From the NCBI GenBank assembly GCA_026396115.1, contig JAPLXL010000007.1, positions 6,565 through 70,564 of the forward strand: a stretch of DNA of 64,000 bases, written 5' to 3'. Shown here piece by piece: positions 20,145-28,628 of the stretch. The DNA comes from Candidatus Nealsonbacteria bacterium. GTDB taxonomy: Bacteria; Patescibacteriota; Minisyncoccia; Minisyncoccales; RBG-13-42-11. The position numbers and the translations under genes were made by a program. Numbering within the stretch: position 1 is the first letter of the stretch; each line of letters starts with the position of its first letter. The notes below the pieces were generated by a model. That model worked only from the letters and a program-made list of their open reading frames with translations. It did not search any database and was not told the origin of the DNA.

Positions 20145-21403
20145 AAATAATAAATCCTAATAAAATAAGAAATTAACAATAACAATATAAGAAGCATAAC
20201 TGCATTCATTATCCAGATGATTTGCCATAAATTAGAGTGAAAAACAGATATAAAAATTATTTGCAATAGGGCTCCCGCGCCTACCAAATAGGCGCCTCTT
20301 GCTTTACCCACGGAAAGGAAATATGTAGAAAATAAAGTTACTAAGGAATATAAAAACATTGAAAGCCCAAACCAGCCCAAATATTTGCCGATAAGCAGGA
20401 ATTTACTACCGATTAGAATCTTAATTATAAAATCGGGAATAAAGAAATAAAAAAATACGATTGCTAAACCAATAAAGACTGTCAAAAAAATAGCTTTTTT
20501 TAAAATTTTGGCGGGGTGATTTAAACTGCTATGCGCATCGGCCGCCATAGGAAACATTACCCCCGCGACCGGTCCCGTCATAAAAAAGATTATGTGGCCG
20601 AGCATTGTCAAGGCGCCGTATTCTCCGGCTGTTTGAGTTGAGAAAAAATGCTTAACCAGGATGATATCTGCACTGCAAAGCAATGCTGTAAATAAAAGAG
20701 TAAAAAAAACCGGAAAAGAATACTGCAAAATCTCTTTTACTTGCACTTCCTCTTTTTGCCGTCTGAATAGAAATTTAATGGGATAAAAGGAAATGAAATA
20801 GCCGATTAAGGCAGACAAAGTAACAGCCCCAACGGCTCCGTTTATGACAAAACCCAGCTTAACCAGCAAAACGGCAAATAATATCTTAAGAAAAGCCGAA
20901 ATTATAGAAATAATTGATAATTCTTTAAATTTTTGCAGACCCCGAAGAATGCCTGAATTAATGGAACTTGAAAAACCGAATAAAAAGGTGATTCCTAGAA
21001 TTATCAATGGAAAAACGGAACCCAAATTTAGAAACCCGGCAATATATCCGCTAAAAATAACAAAAATTACAAAAAATATTATTGCTGCGGCTGAGGTTTT
21101 TTTAGTTAATAACAAGAATAAGGAATAAATCTTATTCAGCCGATCCTTGGCTTTAAAATCGGCGGTATATTTTACTAAAACCGTCGAAAGGGCAGCGGTT
21201 GGGATAGCGGTAACAGCAAAAATTGCCAATAGTGATTGAAGTTCGCCGTAAGCTGCCACCGTTAACATTCTTGCCATTAAAAATTGGTACAGATAGTTCA
21301 CCACCCCGACCAGAAGAGAACCGCAAAATAAAATCAAGCTATTAGCCAAAAATTTGTCTTTCTTGATTTTATCCAAGGATTTAGCCAATAAATATCCGTT
21401 CAT
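20129..21403 (-). CDS. Oligosaccharide flippase (Wzx/MOP family)
   Basis: About 12 TMs, LRGLQKF, DIILVKHF. Start moved to MNGY to reduce overlap with the upstream gene. Confidence 0.8.
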   Translation of the reverse strand: MNGYLLAKSLDKIKKDKFLANSLILFCGSLLVGVVNYLYQFLMARMLTVAAYGELQSLLAIFAVTAIPTAALSTVLVKYTADFKAKDRLNKIYSLFLLLTKKTSAAAIIFFVIFVIFSGYIAGFLNLGSVFPLIILGITFLFGFSSSINSGILRGLQKFKELSIISIISAFLKILFAVLLVKLGFVINGAVGAVTLSALIGYFISFYPIKFLFRRQKEEVQVKEILQYSFPVFFTLLFTALLCSADIILVKHFFSTQTAGEYGALTMLGHIIFFMTGPVAGVMFPMAADAHSSLNHPAKILKKAIFLTVFIGLAIVFFYFFIPDFIIKILIGSKFLLIGKYLGWFGLSMFLYSLVTLFSTYFLSVGKARGAYLVGAGALLQIIFISVFHSNLWQIIWIMNAVMLLILLLLISYFIRIYYLCPKR

Positions 21404-22142
21404 AGTATTTATTAATGGGGCTCGGCTTAAATAATTTTTTACAAAGATTGTATTTTTTAATGTCATCCGTTGGAAACCAATAGCCCTTATGGCAATAAGC
21501 AAAAATTACTCCTTCTTGAGCTAATTTTTCAAAACAATCTTTTTCAATCAGGGAAAAACCATCCGGTAAAATTTCTAAAACTTTTGGGTTAATGATATAA
21601 GCTCCGGCATTATTTAAGTTTGAGGGAGCTTCTTCTTTTTTTGGTTTTTCAATAAATTTAGTTATTTTTTCTCCTTCTATTTTTGCTATTCCAAATTTAG
21701 TTACGTCTTCCACGGGATATAAGGCGATAGTAATCTTGGCTTTGTTTCTGTTATGAATTTCTTGCATTTTGTAAAAATCAAAATCAGCAACGTTATCTCC
21801 GTTTAAAACAATGAAATCTTCTTGAAAGTTTTTCGAAGCTAATTTTATTGCTCCACCGGTACCCAAGGGTTCTTTCTCTTTGGAATAGAAGATATTAACG
21901 CCGAAATTAGCACCATTGCCGAAATAATCGGCAATCTTTTCTGCTCTATAGCCAACCGATAAAACGATTTCGGTTATTCCATGTTTTTTCAGATTTTCAA
22001 TCGCATAATATAAAATCGGTTTTCTTTTCACAAATAAAAGGGGCTTTGGAATTTCTCTGGTGATTGGATAAAGCCGAGTTCCTTTCCCGCCTGCTAAAAT
22101 TACGGCTTTTTTAAAAGATAAACTTTCCATTTTAGATTTCAT
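21381..22142 (-). CDS. Sugar-phosphate nucleotidyltransferase
   Basis: ILAGGKGTRL..T...PKPL, EPLGTGGA, LNGD, FIEKP. Confidence 0.9.
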   Translation of the reverse strand: MKSKMESLSFKKAVILAGGKGTRLYPITREIPKPLLFVKRKPILYYAIENLKKHGITEIVLSVGYRAEKIADYFGNGANFGVNIFYSKEKEPLGTGGAIKLASKNFQEDFIVLNGDNVADFDFYKMQEIHNRNKAKITIALYPVEDVTKFGIAKIEGEKITKFIEKPKKEEAPSNLNNAGAYIINPKVLEILPDGFSLIEKDCFEKLAQEGVIFAYCHKGYWFPTDDIKKYNLCKKLFKPSPINKYYERIFIG

Positions 22143-22178
22143 TGATGTTTAGAGATACATTTTTTCGTAATATTTTAT

Positions 22179-22227
22179 AAAAATAAAAAACCCGCTCTTT
22201 TTTATCTCCTAAACGAAAAAAAGCGGG
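22179..22227 (-). terminator. Intrinsic terminator inside leader 3
   Basis: CCCGCTTTTTTT...AAAAAAGAGCGGG followed by TTTTTTATTTT. Confidence 0.8.
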
Positions 22228-22278
22228 AATGCTTTCAATTAACTGGAAACTATTTAAATTTTTCATTATTTTGTCTTT

Positions 22279-22306
22279 GTGATCAGACCTTAGTCCTCTC
22301 ACTCAG
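22279..22306 (-). ncRNA. Conserved 28-nt leader hairpin, copy 3 (diverged)
   Basis: CTGA GTGA GA G GAC TAAG GTC T GA TCAC; followed 12 nt later by a uORF ATG at 22266. Confidence 0.65.
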
Positions 22307-22336
22307 GAAAAAAACTTTTTATATTGGAATTATTTA

Positions 22337-22365
22337 ATTATAATTTTATCAAAGTTACCTGTCAA
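22337..22365 (-). promoter_or_regulatory. sigma70 promoter of leader 3
   Basis: Perfect TTGACA-17 bp-TATAAT. Confidence 0.9.
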
Positions 22366-22464
22366 GAAACAAAGACAAAACACAACATATAATTTTGCTC
22401 CACCTACGGAACGATGTTAGAACCTATCTGATAAATACTTCTGCTTAAATTCTTAGCTATCTGA

Positions 22465-22890
22465 TTATTTCAAAGTTATGATAATGGCGCCGATAACCAT
22501 AAAAAGAGCACCGATAACCGTTCTCCAACCAAGATGTTCGCCGAGAAAAAAAGCCGCAAGAATTATAACAAAAACCAAGCTAAGACGATCTATAACCACT
22601 ACTTTTGTCGCTAAACCAGTTTTCAAAGCTAAAAAATAAAAAAGCCAAGAAAGTGCACCGGCGATACCAGCCAAAACAATCAGCAGCCAATCTTTTGAAT
22701 CAAATGATTTTAAAGAGAAACCCTGAAATTTTTTCAGAAAAAAACTGACCAAAGTTAAAAAGACAGCCATGATGATGGAGCGTATAGTAGTGGCTAAAGT
22801 AGAATCAATGCCCTTCAACCCCATCTTTGCAAAAATCGCCACCAAAGCCGCCGTTATTGCCGAAAGAAAAGCAAAAATTAACCAATTCAT
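22465..22890 (-). CDS. EamA/DMT-family small transporter
   Basis: AIFAKMGLKGIDSTLATTIR, SWLFYFLALK, DRLSLV, LGE. Confidence 0.85.
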   Translation of the reverse strand: MNWLIFAFLSAITAALVAIFAKMGLKGIDSTLATTIRSIIMAVFLTLVSFFLKKFQGFSLKSFDSKDWLLIVLAGIAGALSWLFYFLALKTGLATKVVVIDRLSLVFVIILAAFFLGEHLGWRTVIGALFMVIGAIIITLK

Positions 22891-23192
22891 AAGTATTTTA
22901 ATTTATTATATCAAAAAACCGCCTCAATAAAAAGGCGGAAATCGTCGACTTCGCATGGTGAACGACGTTAGAACCTGTTGTGTGTGCATCACAAAGCAAA
23001 AACTGACTGATTGCAGACAGTTCTCGTATCTTTCCAACCCACAAATATTTATGGGCTCGAAAAAAGAAAAAGGAATTTGTTTCCATATTAATAAAGCCGC
23101 TTGAGAGCTTAAATTATTGCGACGTGCTATTCAAGCAGATTTGTATAATTCCACAGCAAAAATATTCGGGCCGCACAAAATTTCTCCCGGCA

Positions 23193-23232
23193 CCAAAATA
23201 AAAAGACGGCAGAAAACCGTCTTTTTATTTGG
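23193..23232. terminator. Bidirectional terminator-like hairpin
   Basis: ccaaaataaaaagacgg-cagaaaa-ccgtctttttatttgg. Confidence 0.75.
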
Positions 23233-23260
23233 CGAAACACAAGAAGTGCTTTCGTTATAG

Positions 23261-23512
23261 CTACGCACGTCGCAACGCTTTGACAATGACGATAAGCACA
23301 ATGGCGCCGAGAAGAGCAACGATGAAACTGTAGAGATTGAATCCGGTCACACCGGTCTGTCCAAAGAAGCTCATAAGCCAGCCGCCGATGACAGCGCCGA
23401 CAATGCCGACGACAATGTTAAGAACTGCGCCCTGTCGTTGATCAGTTTTCATAATCAAAGAGGCGATCCAACCGACCAACGCGCCGAATATAATCCAAAG
23501 AATGATTCCCAT
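23261..23512 (-). CDS. GlsB/YeaQ/YmgE (transglycosylase-associated) membrane protein
   Basis: [13 protein letters not shown]...[14 protein letters not shown]. Confidence 0.9.
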   Translation of the reverse strand: MGIILWIIFGALVGWIASLIMKTDQRQGAVLNIVVGIVGAVIGGWLMSFFGQTGVTGFNLYSFIVALLGAIVLIVIVKALRRA

Positions 23513-23561
23513 ATAATTTATAGTGAAAAATTGATAATACCAAACGACCTTGTGTTTTTCG

Positions 23562-23930
23562 TTAATTATGCTTCTCTTCTTGCTTTTCGAGCTTCTCTGC
23601 CGCTTCTGGAGTCGATACAGTCTTACTCATAAGAAGAAGTCGAACAATACCTATTGCTATGAGCCAATAGACAAGCATTGCCAAGAGCGTCGTCCACTCA
23701 AAGATACTGCCTTGCACAGTGGTCTTTGAAAATACTGCAAAAAAAGGAGCAGTAAATGGCCATGTAATGGCGTAGATAAAGCTCGTAAATCCAGCTTCAG
23801 GATTTGCTCCCATCAGCTTGAGTACAAAACGGAACGCAAGCAATACCTCAAGAAACGAAAGAATATACCACACAATTTGAGTGCCTCTGAATAACGGTTT
23901 CGTAGTGGGAGAATTATATGATGAGTCCAT
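23562..23930 (-). CDS. YggT-like membrane protein
   Basis: [27 protein letters not shown]. Confidence 0.75.
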   Translation of the reverse strand: MDSSYNSPTTKPLFRGTQIVWYILSFLEVLLAFRFVLKLMGANPEAGFTSFIYAITWPFTAPFFAVFSKTTVQGSIFEWTTLLAMLVYWLIAIGIVRLLLMSKTVSTPEAAEKLEKQEEKHN

Positions 23931-24075
23931 GATTGTGAATGCTAATAAAATATTTATTAATTATGTTTAAGTAGTCGACCTTTACTTCATTCTACCAAAA
24001 AATCGCCCCCGTTAAAAGACAGATTAGCGGTTTTTTATGTGACTCGGGTACTCACATTGTATTATATTCCTTTTT

Positions 24076-25350
24076 TTAACGGAATTTCGAGGCAGAATTT
24101 GCGGCCATTTGGCCGGCCAGATATCCCGTGCTCCAGCAAAGCTGAAGGTTGTAGCCGCCAGTCGGGCCATGCAAATTTATGATTTCTCCGGCAAAAAATA
24201 AGTTTTCGATTAATTTTGATTTCATTGTTTTTGAATCTATCTCTTTCAGGAAAATACCTCCTGAAGTAATTATCGCCATATTAAACCCTAAAAGAGAAGA
24301 AACCGTCATTTTTAACCCCTTCAATAATTTAACTAATTTTTGCCTTTCTCGCCGCGTGATTTCATTTACTTTTTTTTCGGGATTTATGCCAGACAAATCA
24401 ACAATAATTGAAATTAATTTTTGAGGAAGCAAATCCGATAAAGAATTTTTGAAAAGTTTATTGCTGTATTTTGAAAAATCAGATTGAAGCCGCTTATCAA
24501 GAGTTTCAAAATCTAAAGCCGGCTTTAAATCCAAAACTAATTTTACCTCACCTTTCTCCAGAAACTCACCAACCTTCCCGCTTAAATCTAAAACTATGGG
24601 GCCCGATATGCCAAAATGAGTAAAAAGCATTTCGCCAAAGCGGCTATCTTTTTTACTGCCATTCTGAAAAACGGTTAATTCAACGTTTTTTAAAGATAAG
24701 CCCTGGACTTTTTTTGGCCAGTCTTCTTTAATTTTTAGGGGAACTAAAGCCGGCCTTAATTTGGTAATAGTATGGCCCGTTTCTTTTGTCCATTTATAAC
24801 CATCACCTGTGGAACCGGTACCGGGAAACGACATACCGCCAGTCGCAATAATATAATTTTTAGCTGAAATATTCTTGCCATCTTTTAAAACAATCTTTGA
24901 AACCTTGTTTTTGTGTTTTAATATTCTTTCCACTTCTGAATTAGTCATTGTTTTAACCCCATTGTTCTTTAAATAATTAATTAAGACATTTAAAACGTCG
25001 CTGGCCTTGTCGCTTTGAGGAAAAATCCTTTTTCCTCTTTCAGTTTTAATTTTTAATCCTTTTTTCTCAAAAAATCCAATTGTTTCTTTTACCCCAAAAA
25101 CAGATAAAGGATACAAAAGAAAATCGCCTTCCCTACCGTATTTTTTGACAAGTTCTCTTGGATTAAATTCGGCTTTAGCAATATTGCTTCTCCCCTTTCC
25201 TGTCAGTAAAAGTTTGTTACCCAAAGTATTATTTTTTTCCAAAAGTACTACTTTTGCTCCTAATTCTCCTGCCTTACCGGCGGCCATCATTCCGGCAGGA
25301 CCTCCTCCGATTACTGCTACATCAAAAATTGCTTCATTTTCTTTAAACAT
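24076..25350 (-). CDS. HI0933/BaiN-family flavoprotein
   Basis: GGGPAGMMAA, ATGGMSFPGTGSTGDGY, GEMLFTHFGISGP, TGGYNLQ. Confidence 0.9.
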   Translation of the reverse strand: MFKENEAIFDVAVIGGGPAGMMAAGKAGELGAKVVLLEKNNTLGNKLLLTGKGRSNIAKAEFNPRELVKKYGREGDFLLYPLSVFGVKETIGFFEKKGLKIKTERGKRIFPQSDKASDVLNVLINYLKNNGVKTMTNSEVERILKHKNKVSKIVLKDGKNISAKNYIIATGGMSFPGTGSTGDGYKWTKETGHTITKLRPALVPLKIKEDWPKKVQGLSLKNVELTVFQNGSKKDSRFGEMLFTHFGISGPIVLDLSGKVGEFLEKGEVKLVLDLKPALDFETLDKRLQSDFSKYSNKLFKNSLSDLLPQKLISIIVDLSGINPEKKVNEITRRERQKLVKLLKGLKMTVSSLLGFNMAIITSGGIFLKEIDSKTMKSKLIENLFFAGEIINLHGPTGGYNLQLCWSTGYLAGQMAANSASKFR

Positions 25351-25401
25351 AATAATTTATCTTATCAAAAAACCGCCGTTTTGGCGATTTTTAAAATTTC
25401 T

Positions 25402-26886
25402 TTATTTTTCTAAATCAAGGATCTCATCAATACGAATCTGTTGAACAAATTCAGGAACATGACTCACTAAAATCATTGCACCATCATATTTATTAAGCGC
25501 AGATGCGATAACCGGCAAATGCCGAAAATTAATATGATTGGTAGGTTCGTCTAAAATAAGAAGTCCGGGTTTTTGCAACACAAGTCTGGCAAAAGATACA
25601 AGTCCCTTTTGGCCATCAGATAAGTTGCCTATTTTGGCATGTATTAAATCGCTAGTTATCAAAAATCCAGCCGCAATGGAACGAAGATTTTCTTCTGTAT
25701 GCTGTCCGGCAACAAAACCAAGCGAATCATATACAGTATCCTCAAAATTAAGAGTAGAAAAATCTTGACGATAATATCCAATCTTAACATTCGGGGCAAT
25801 CTTAGCGCCCTTTGCCTTTTCTAGAGCCAAAGATTCAAGCAGCGTGCTCTTGCCAATGCCGTTTGGTCCCAGAAGAAGCAAGTGCTGATTCTTCCTCAAA
25901 GAAATATTGGCCTTACGCGTCACAATCTTGTGATTTTTCATAACAGAAAAAGAAGTAATGCTTAAAATTTCTCCACCTATATCCCGTTGCGAGGGAATAA
26001 CGAATGTCCGAATGGTTTTATCCTCTCTTCGTACATCAACTTTTGCCTCCTCCAAAACTTCCGCTTTCTCACGCATTTTTTTTGCTACAAAACGCAGATG
26101 CCCGCCTTTCTTTGCAAAATAATTTGCTTTATCTTTTTTTCCCTGAATTTTCTTTTCCAACTGCGCATTCTTTCTATTTTCTCTTTCAATTCGAGCAAGA
26201 AGCTCGGCTGCCAGATCAAAATAGTTGCCAACATACTGCTCAACCTTACGAGTAAATACGTCTAAATATAAAACACCATGAGTAAAAGCATTGAGAAAAT
26301 TAGCGTCGTGAGAAATAACAATACATGTCTTTTTATAATCGATAAGAAATTGTGTAAGATGGATTATGCCATCCTTATCAAGATTATTGGTCGGCTCGTC
26401 AAGAAGAAGTAAATCGGGATTCTGAATAATGGCAGATGCCAAAAGAAGCCTTGCTTGTTGACCACCAGAAAATGATTTGATAATCCTGTCGTGTGGGGCA
26501 ACAAGATTCATCACCTCAAGCACCTCATCTATCCGAGGATCAATGTCATATATTTTTCCTTTGCAAGCCTGAGCCTTAGCGAGGTTAGCTTCGTTAAAAC
26601 ACCTCTCGAAAAACTCGCGTACTGTTAAATGAAGCTGATCTCGGGAAATAGTCTGTCTCGCAGCAGCAACAGTAATTCTTTTTGCGCGATAAACATGTCC
26701 TGACTCTGGTTCAACAGTTCCCATAATAAGATTGAAAATAGTACTCTTGCCAGCGCCATTTTGTCCCATCAATGTTATTTTCGACCCCTGCCTAACTGAA
26801 AAATCCACCTCATTTAAGATTGGTTTATTGTATCTATATGCAAAAGACACTTTATCGAATCTCATTATCACTTCTCCTTGAGTCAT
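25402..26886 (-). CDS. ABC-F family ATPase
   Basis: Two ABC domains (GQNGAGKS, GPNGIGKS, two DEPTN motifs); no TM segments. Confidence 0.9.
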   Translation of the reverse strand: MTQGEVIMRFDKVSFAYRYNKPILNEVDFSVRQGSKITLMGQNGAGKSTIFNLIMGTVEPESGHVYRAKRITVAAARQTISRDQLHLTVREFFERCFNEANLAKAQACKGKIYDIDPRIDEVLEVMNLVAPHDRIIKSFSGGQQARLLLASAIIQNPDLLLLDEPTNNLDKDGIIHLTQFLIDYKKTCIVISHDANFLNAFTHGVLYLDVFTRKVEQYVGNYFDLAAELLARIERENRKNAQLEKKIQGKKDKANYFAKKGGHLRFVAKKMREKAEVLEEAKVDVRREDKTIRTFVIPSQRDIGGEILSITSFSVMKNHKIVTRKANISLRKNQHLLLLGPNGIGKSTLLESLALEKAKGAKIAPNVKIGYYRQDFSTLNFEDTVYDSLGFVAGQHTEENLRSIAAGFLITSDLIHAKIGNLSDGQKGLVSFARLVLQKPGLLILDEPTNHINFRHLPVIASALNKYDGAMILVSHVPEFVQQIRIDEILDLEK

Positions 26887-27019
26887 AGTAAATAATAGCT
26901 AAAAATAAGCACAAGAACATACTACCAAAAAACCGCCCATTGTACGAGGGAGCGGGAATTGGCTCCGAGGGACGGACGACGTTAGAATCTGATTGATAAG
27001 AAATTATTAATAGGAATAC

Positions 27020-27553
27020 CTACTTAATATCTACATCCTGAGACATAATTAATTTCTGTTCCATCAATTCATTATTGTCGCCTGGTTGAGTTCCTTTTTC
27101 ATAAACATTTACCGTGTAATTACCAATAGGAACATTATCAAGGATAGCTTCGATTTCAGAGAAACACATGCATTTACAGCCAATACCGCTCCAAACCTCA
27201 TAAATATTTATTATAGAATTTTCTTTTTCTTTTTCTATATCAGCCTTTCTACAACATAGATGATTTATTGCTCTTGAATATTTTATTTGATTACCTAACA
27301 CTTCAATTTTGGACTCTTGCTCAATTCCTTCGCCGAATCCTTTTGTGACCATACCTTGGTCTGATTCTGCACAACCCTTTACCGAAGATAAAAGAGTTAT
27401 CTCACTTTTTTCTGTTTTTTGTATTTCAACTGGTTGATAAGGTTTTTCTGGTCTTCTTGCATACAATAAAGCTCCTGCACCGACAATAACGGCTAGAATA
27501 ATTACAATGGAGAGAAACTTCCAATTAGTTTTTCCTTGAGTTATGAATGGTAT
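27020..27553 (-). CDS. Membrane-anchored Cys-containing protein; expected start codon is ATA (possible pseudogene)
   Basis: The frame is open 29 codons upstream of the called start: ATA-PFITQGKTNWKFLSIVIILAVIVGAGAL (signal anchor). HLCC and CKCMC motifs. Confidence 0.6.
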   Translation of the reverse strand: MPFITQGKTNWKFLSIVIILAVIVGAGALLYARRPEKPYQPVEIQKTEKSEITLLSSVKGCAESDQGMVTKGFGEGIEQESKIEVLGNQIKYSRAINHLCCRKADIEKEKENSIINIYEVWSGIGCKCMCFSEIEAILDNVPIGNYTVNVYEKGTQPGDNNELMEQKLIMSQDVDIK

Positions 27554-27884
27554 AGTATTTTTTATTAATTATTTATATTATTTAATTCTACCAAAAAACC
27601 GCCTTTTAGGCGACTTTTTGCTTTCTGAAAATTAATGCCGAGTTCGAGACCCATCTCCAGTCCCTGATGGGGATGGGAATTTAGAACCTGTCCCATCGCC
27701 GTTTTCATCACAAATCTGGACGGGAACGGGTCGGTTTCACAGAAATCATCTGCTCCCCAAGCGAGTTCAGAACCATCTTTTGAAGGGGAAACTAGAGACT
27801 CCTCCGGACGGAAACGGGTCGCTTTGAGGCAAACAAAATTGGACCAGAATAAGGCAAATTAGACAGTACTAAATGAATACAGCC

Positions 27885-27961
27885 CGTGTCTCATTTTTTC
27901 AGGTTTTTAAGCCAAAATGAGACAAATGAGACACTGATTGAGGATATTTTCGTGTCTCATT
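27885..27961. repeat. Cluster of four GTCTCATT/AATGAGAC repeats in both orientations
   Basis: cgtgtctcattt 27885-27896, aaatgagac 27915-27923, aaatgagacac 27924-27934, cgtgtctcatt 27951-27961. Confidence 0.8.
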
Positions 27962-28016
27962 CTTAAATTCCCTCTCTGCCGCGCCCCGCTTGAGCCGGCG
28001 AATTTTTTGGCGACGA

Positions 28017-28628
28017 CTATTTCGCAAACCTACATATTAAATCATACTGCTCAAACTCAAAATTTACTTCGCCACGGTTCCCGATACTGTTGAAATAAGA
28101 ACCAATCAACTTATTTTCCTTTGGTAAATATTTTAGTTTGACAGTACCTTTGTGCGCTTCCATTGTACCGGCTCTCAACGAATTTGGCTCATTGTCGTAG
28201 GTATAAAACAGATAGCTATCACCATTCACCTCTGCGAAGTTTGCCACTGCACTTTCTGATTGAGAGCGTTGATAGTAGGCACGCACAAAGATTTTGGAAA
28301 AGGTTTGCGAAATTTCTAAATACGATGGAACCTTAACATTATTCCCATTTTCTTTGTATGAGGATTGTTGAACGCCTTTCCATCTACCGCGAAGATCAGG
28401 AAAAATTACAATTCCCAAAAGCTGGAAAGCCTTCAGTCGCCAAAAGTATTTTTCAAATAAGGAATAAAGTAATCCGTAGGCAACGATGGGCGAAAGCGTT
28501 TCAATCCAAAATGGCGGACTTGGCAATAGTTTGAAAAATGTCCAAGAAAACAAAATGCTTAAAAACGGCAAAAATCCGGCGAAAAATACAATATGAGTAA
28601 ATTTGCTAAAATCAATTTTCATAACCAA
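28017..28628 (-). CDS. cap15: CBASS effector Cap15 (2TM + beta-barrel)
   Basis: Two N-terminal TMs; FEKYFWR..PDLRGRWKG..SS, I.QTF, SES, YTY.NEP, HKG, GSYF..GNRG; overlaps the CD-NTase stop. Confidence 0.85.
   Translation of the reverse strand: MVMKIDFSKFTHIVFFAGFLPFLSILFSWTFFKLLPSPPFWIETLSPIVAYGLLYSLFEKYFWRLKAFQLLGIVIFPDLRGRWKGVQQSSYKENGNNVKVPSYLEISQTFSKIFVRAYYQRSQSESAVANFAEVNGDSYLFYTYDNEPNSLRAGTMEAHKGTVKLKYLPKENKLIGSYFNSIGNRGEVNFEFEQYDLICRFAK

Noticed and set aside
22898..23319. Two 62-aa minus-strand ORFs
   Set aside because: They run across att-like scars and terminators and have no recognisable motif.
25402..26886. ABC-F as an antibiotic-resistance gene
   Set aside because: The subfamily cannot be assigned by eye and most ABC-Fs are not resistance factors.
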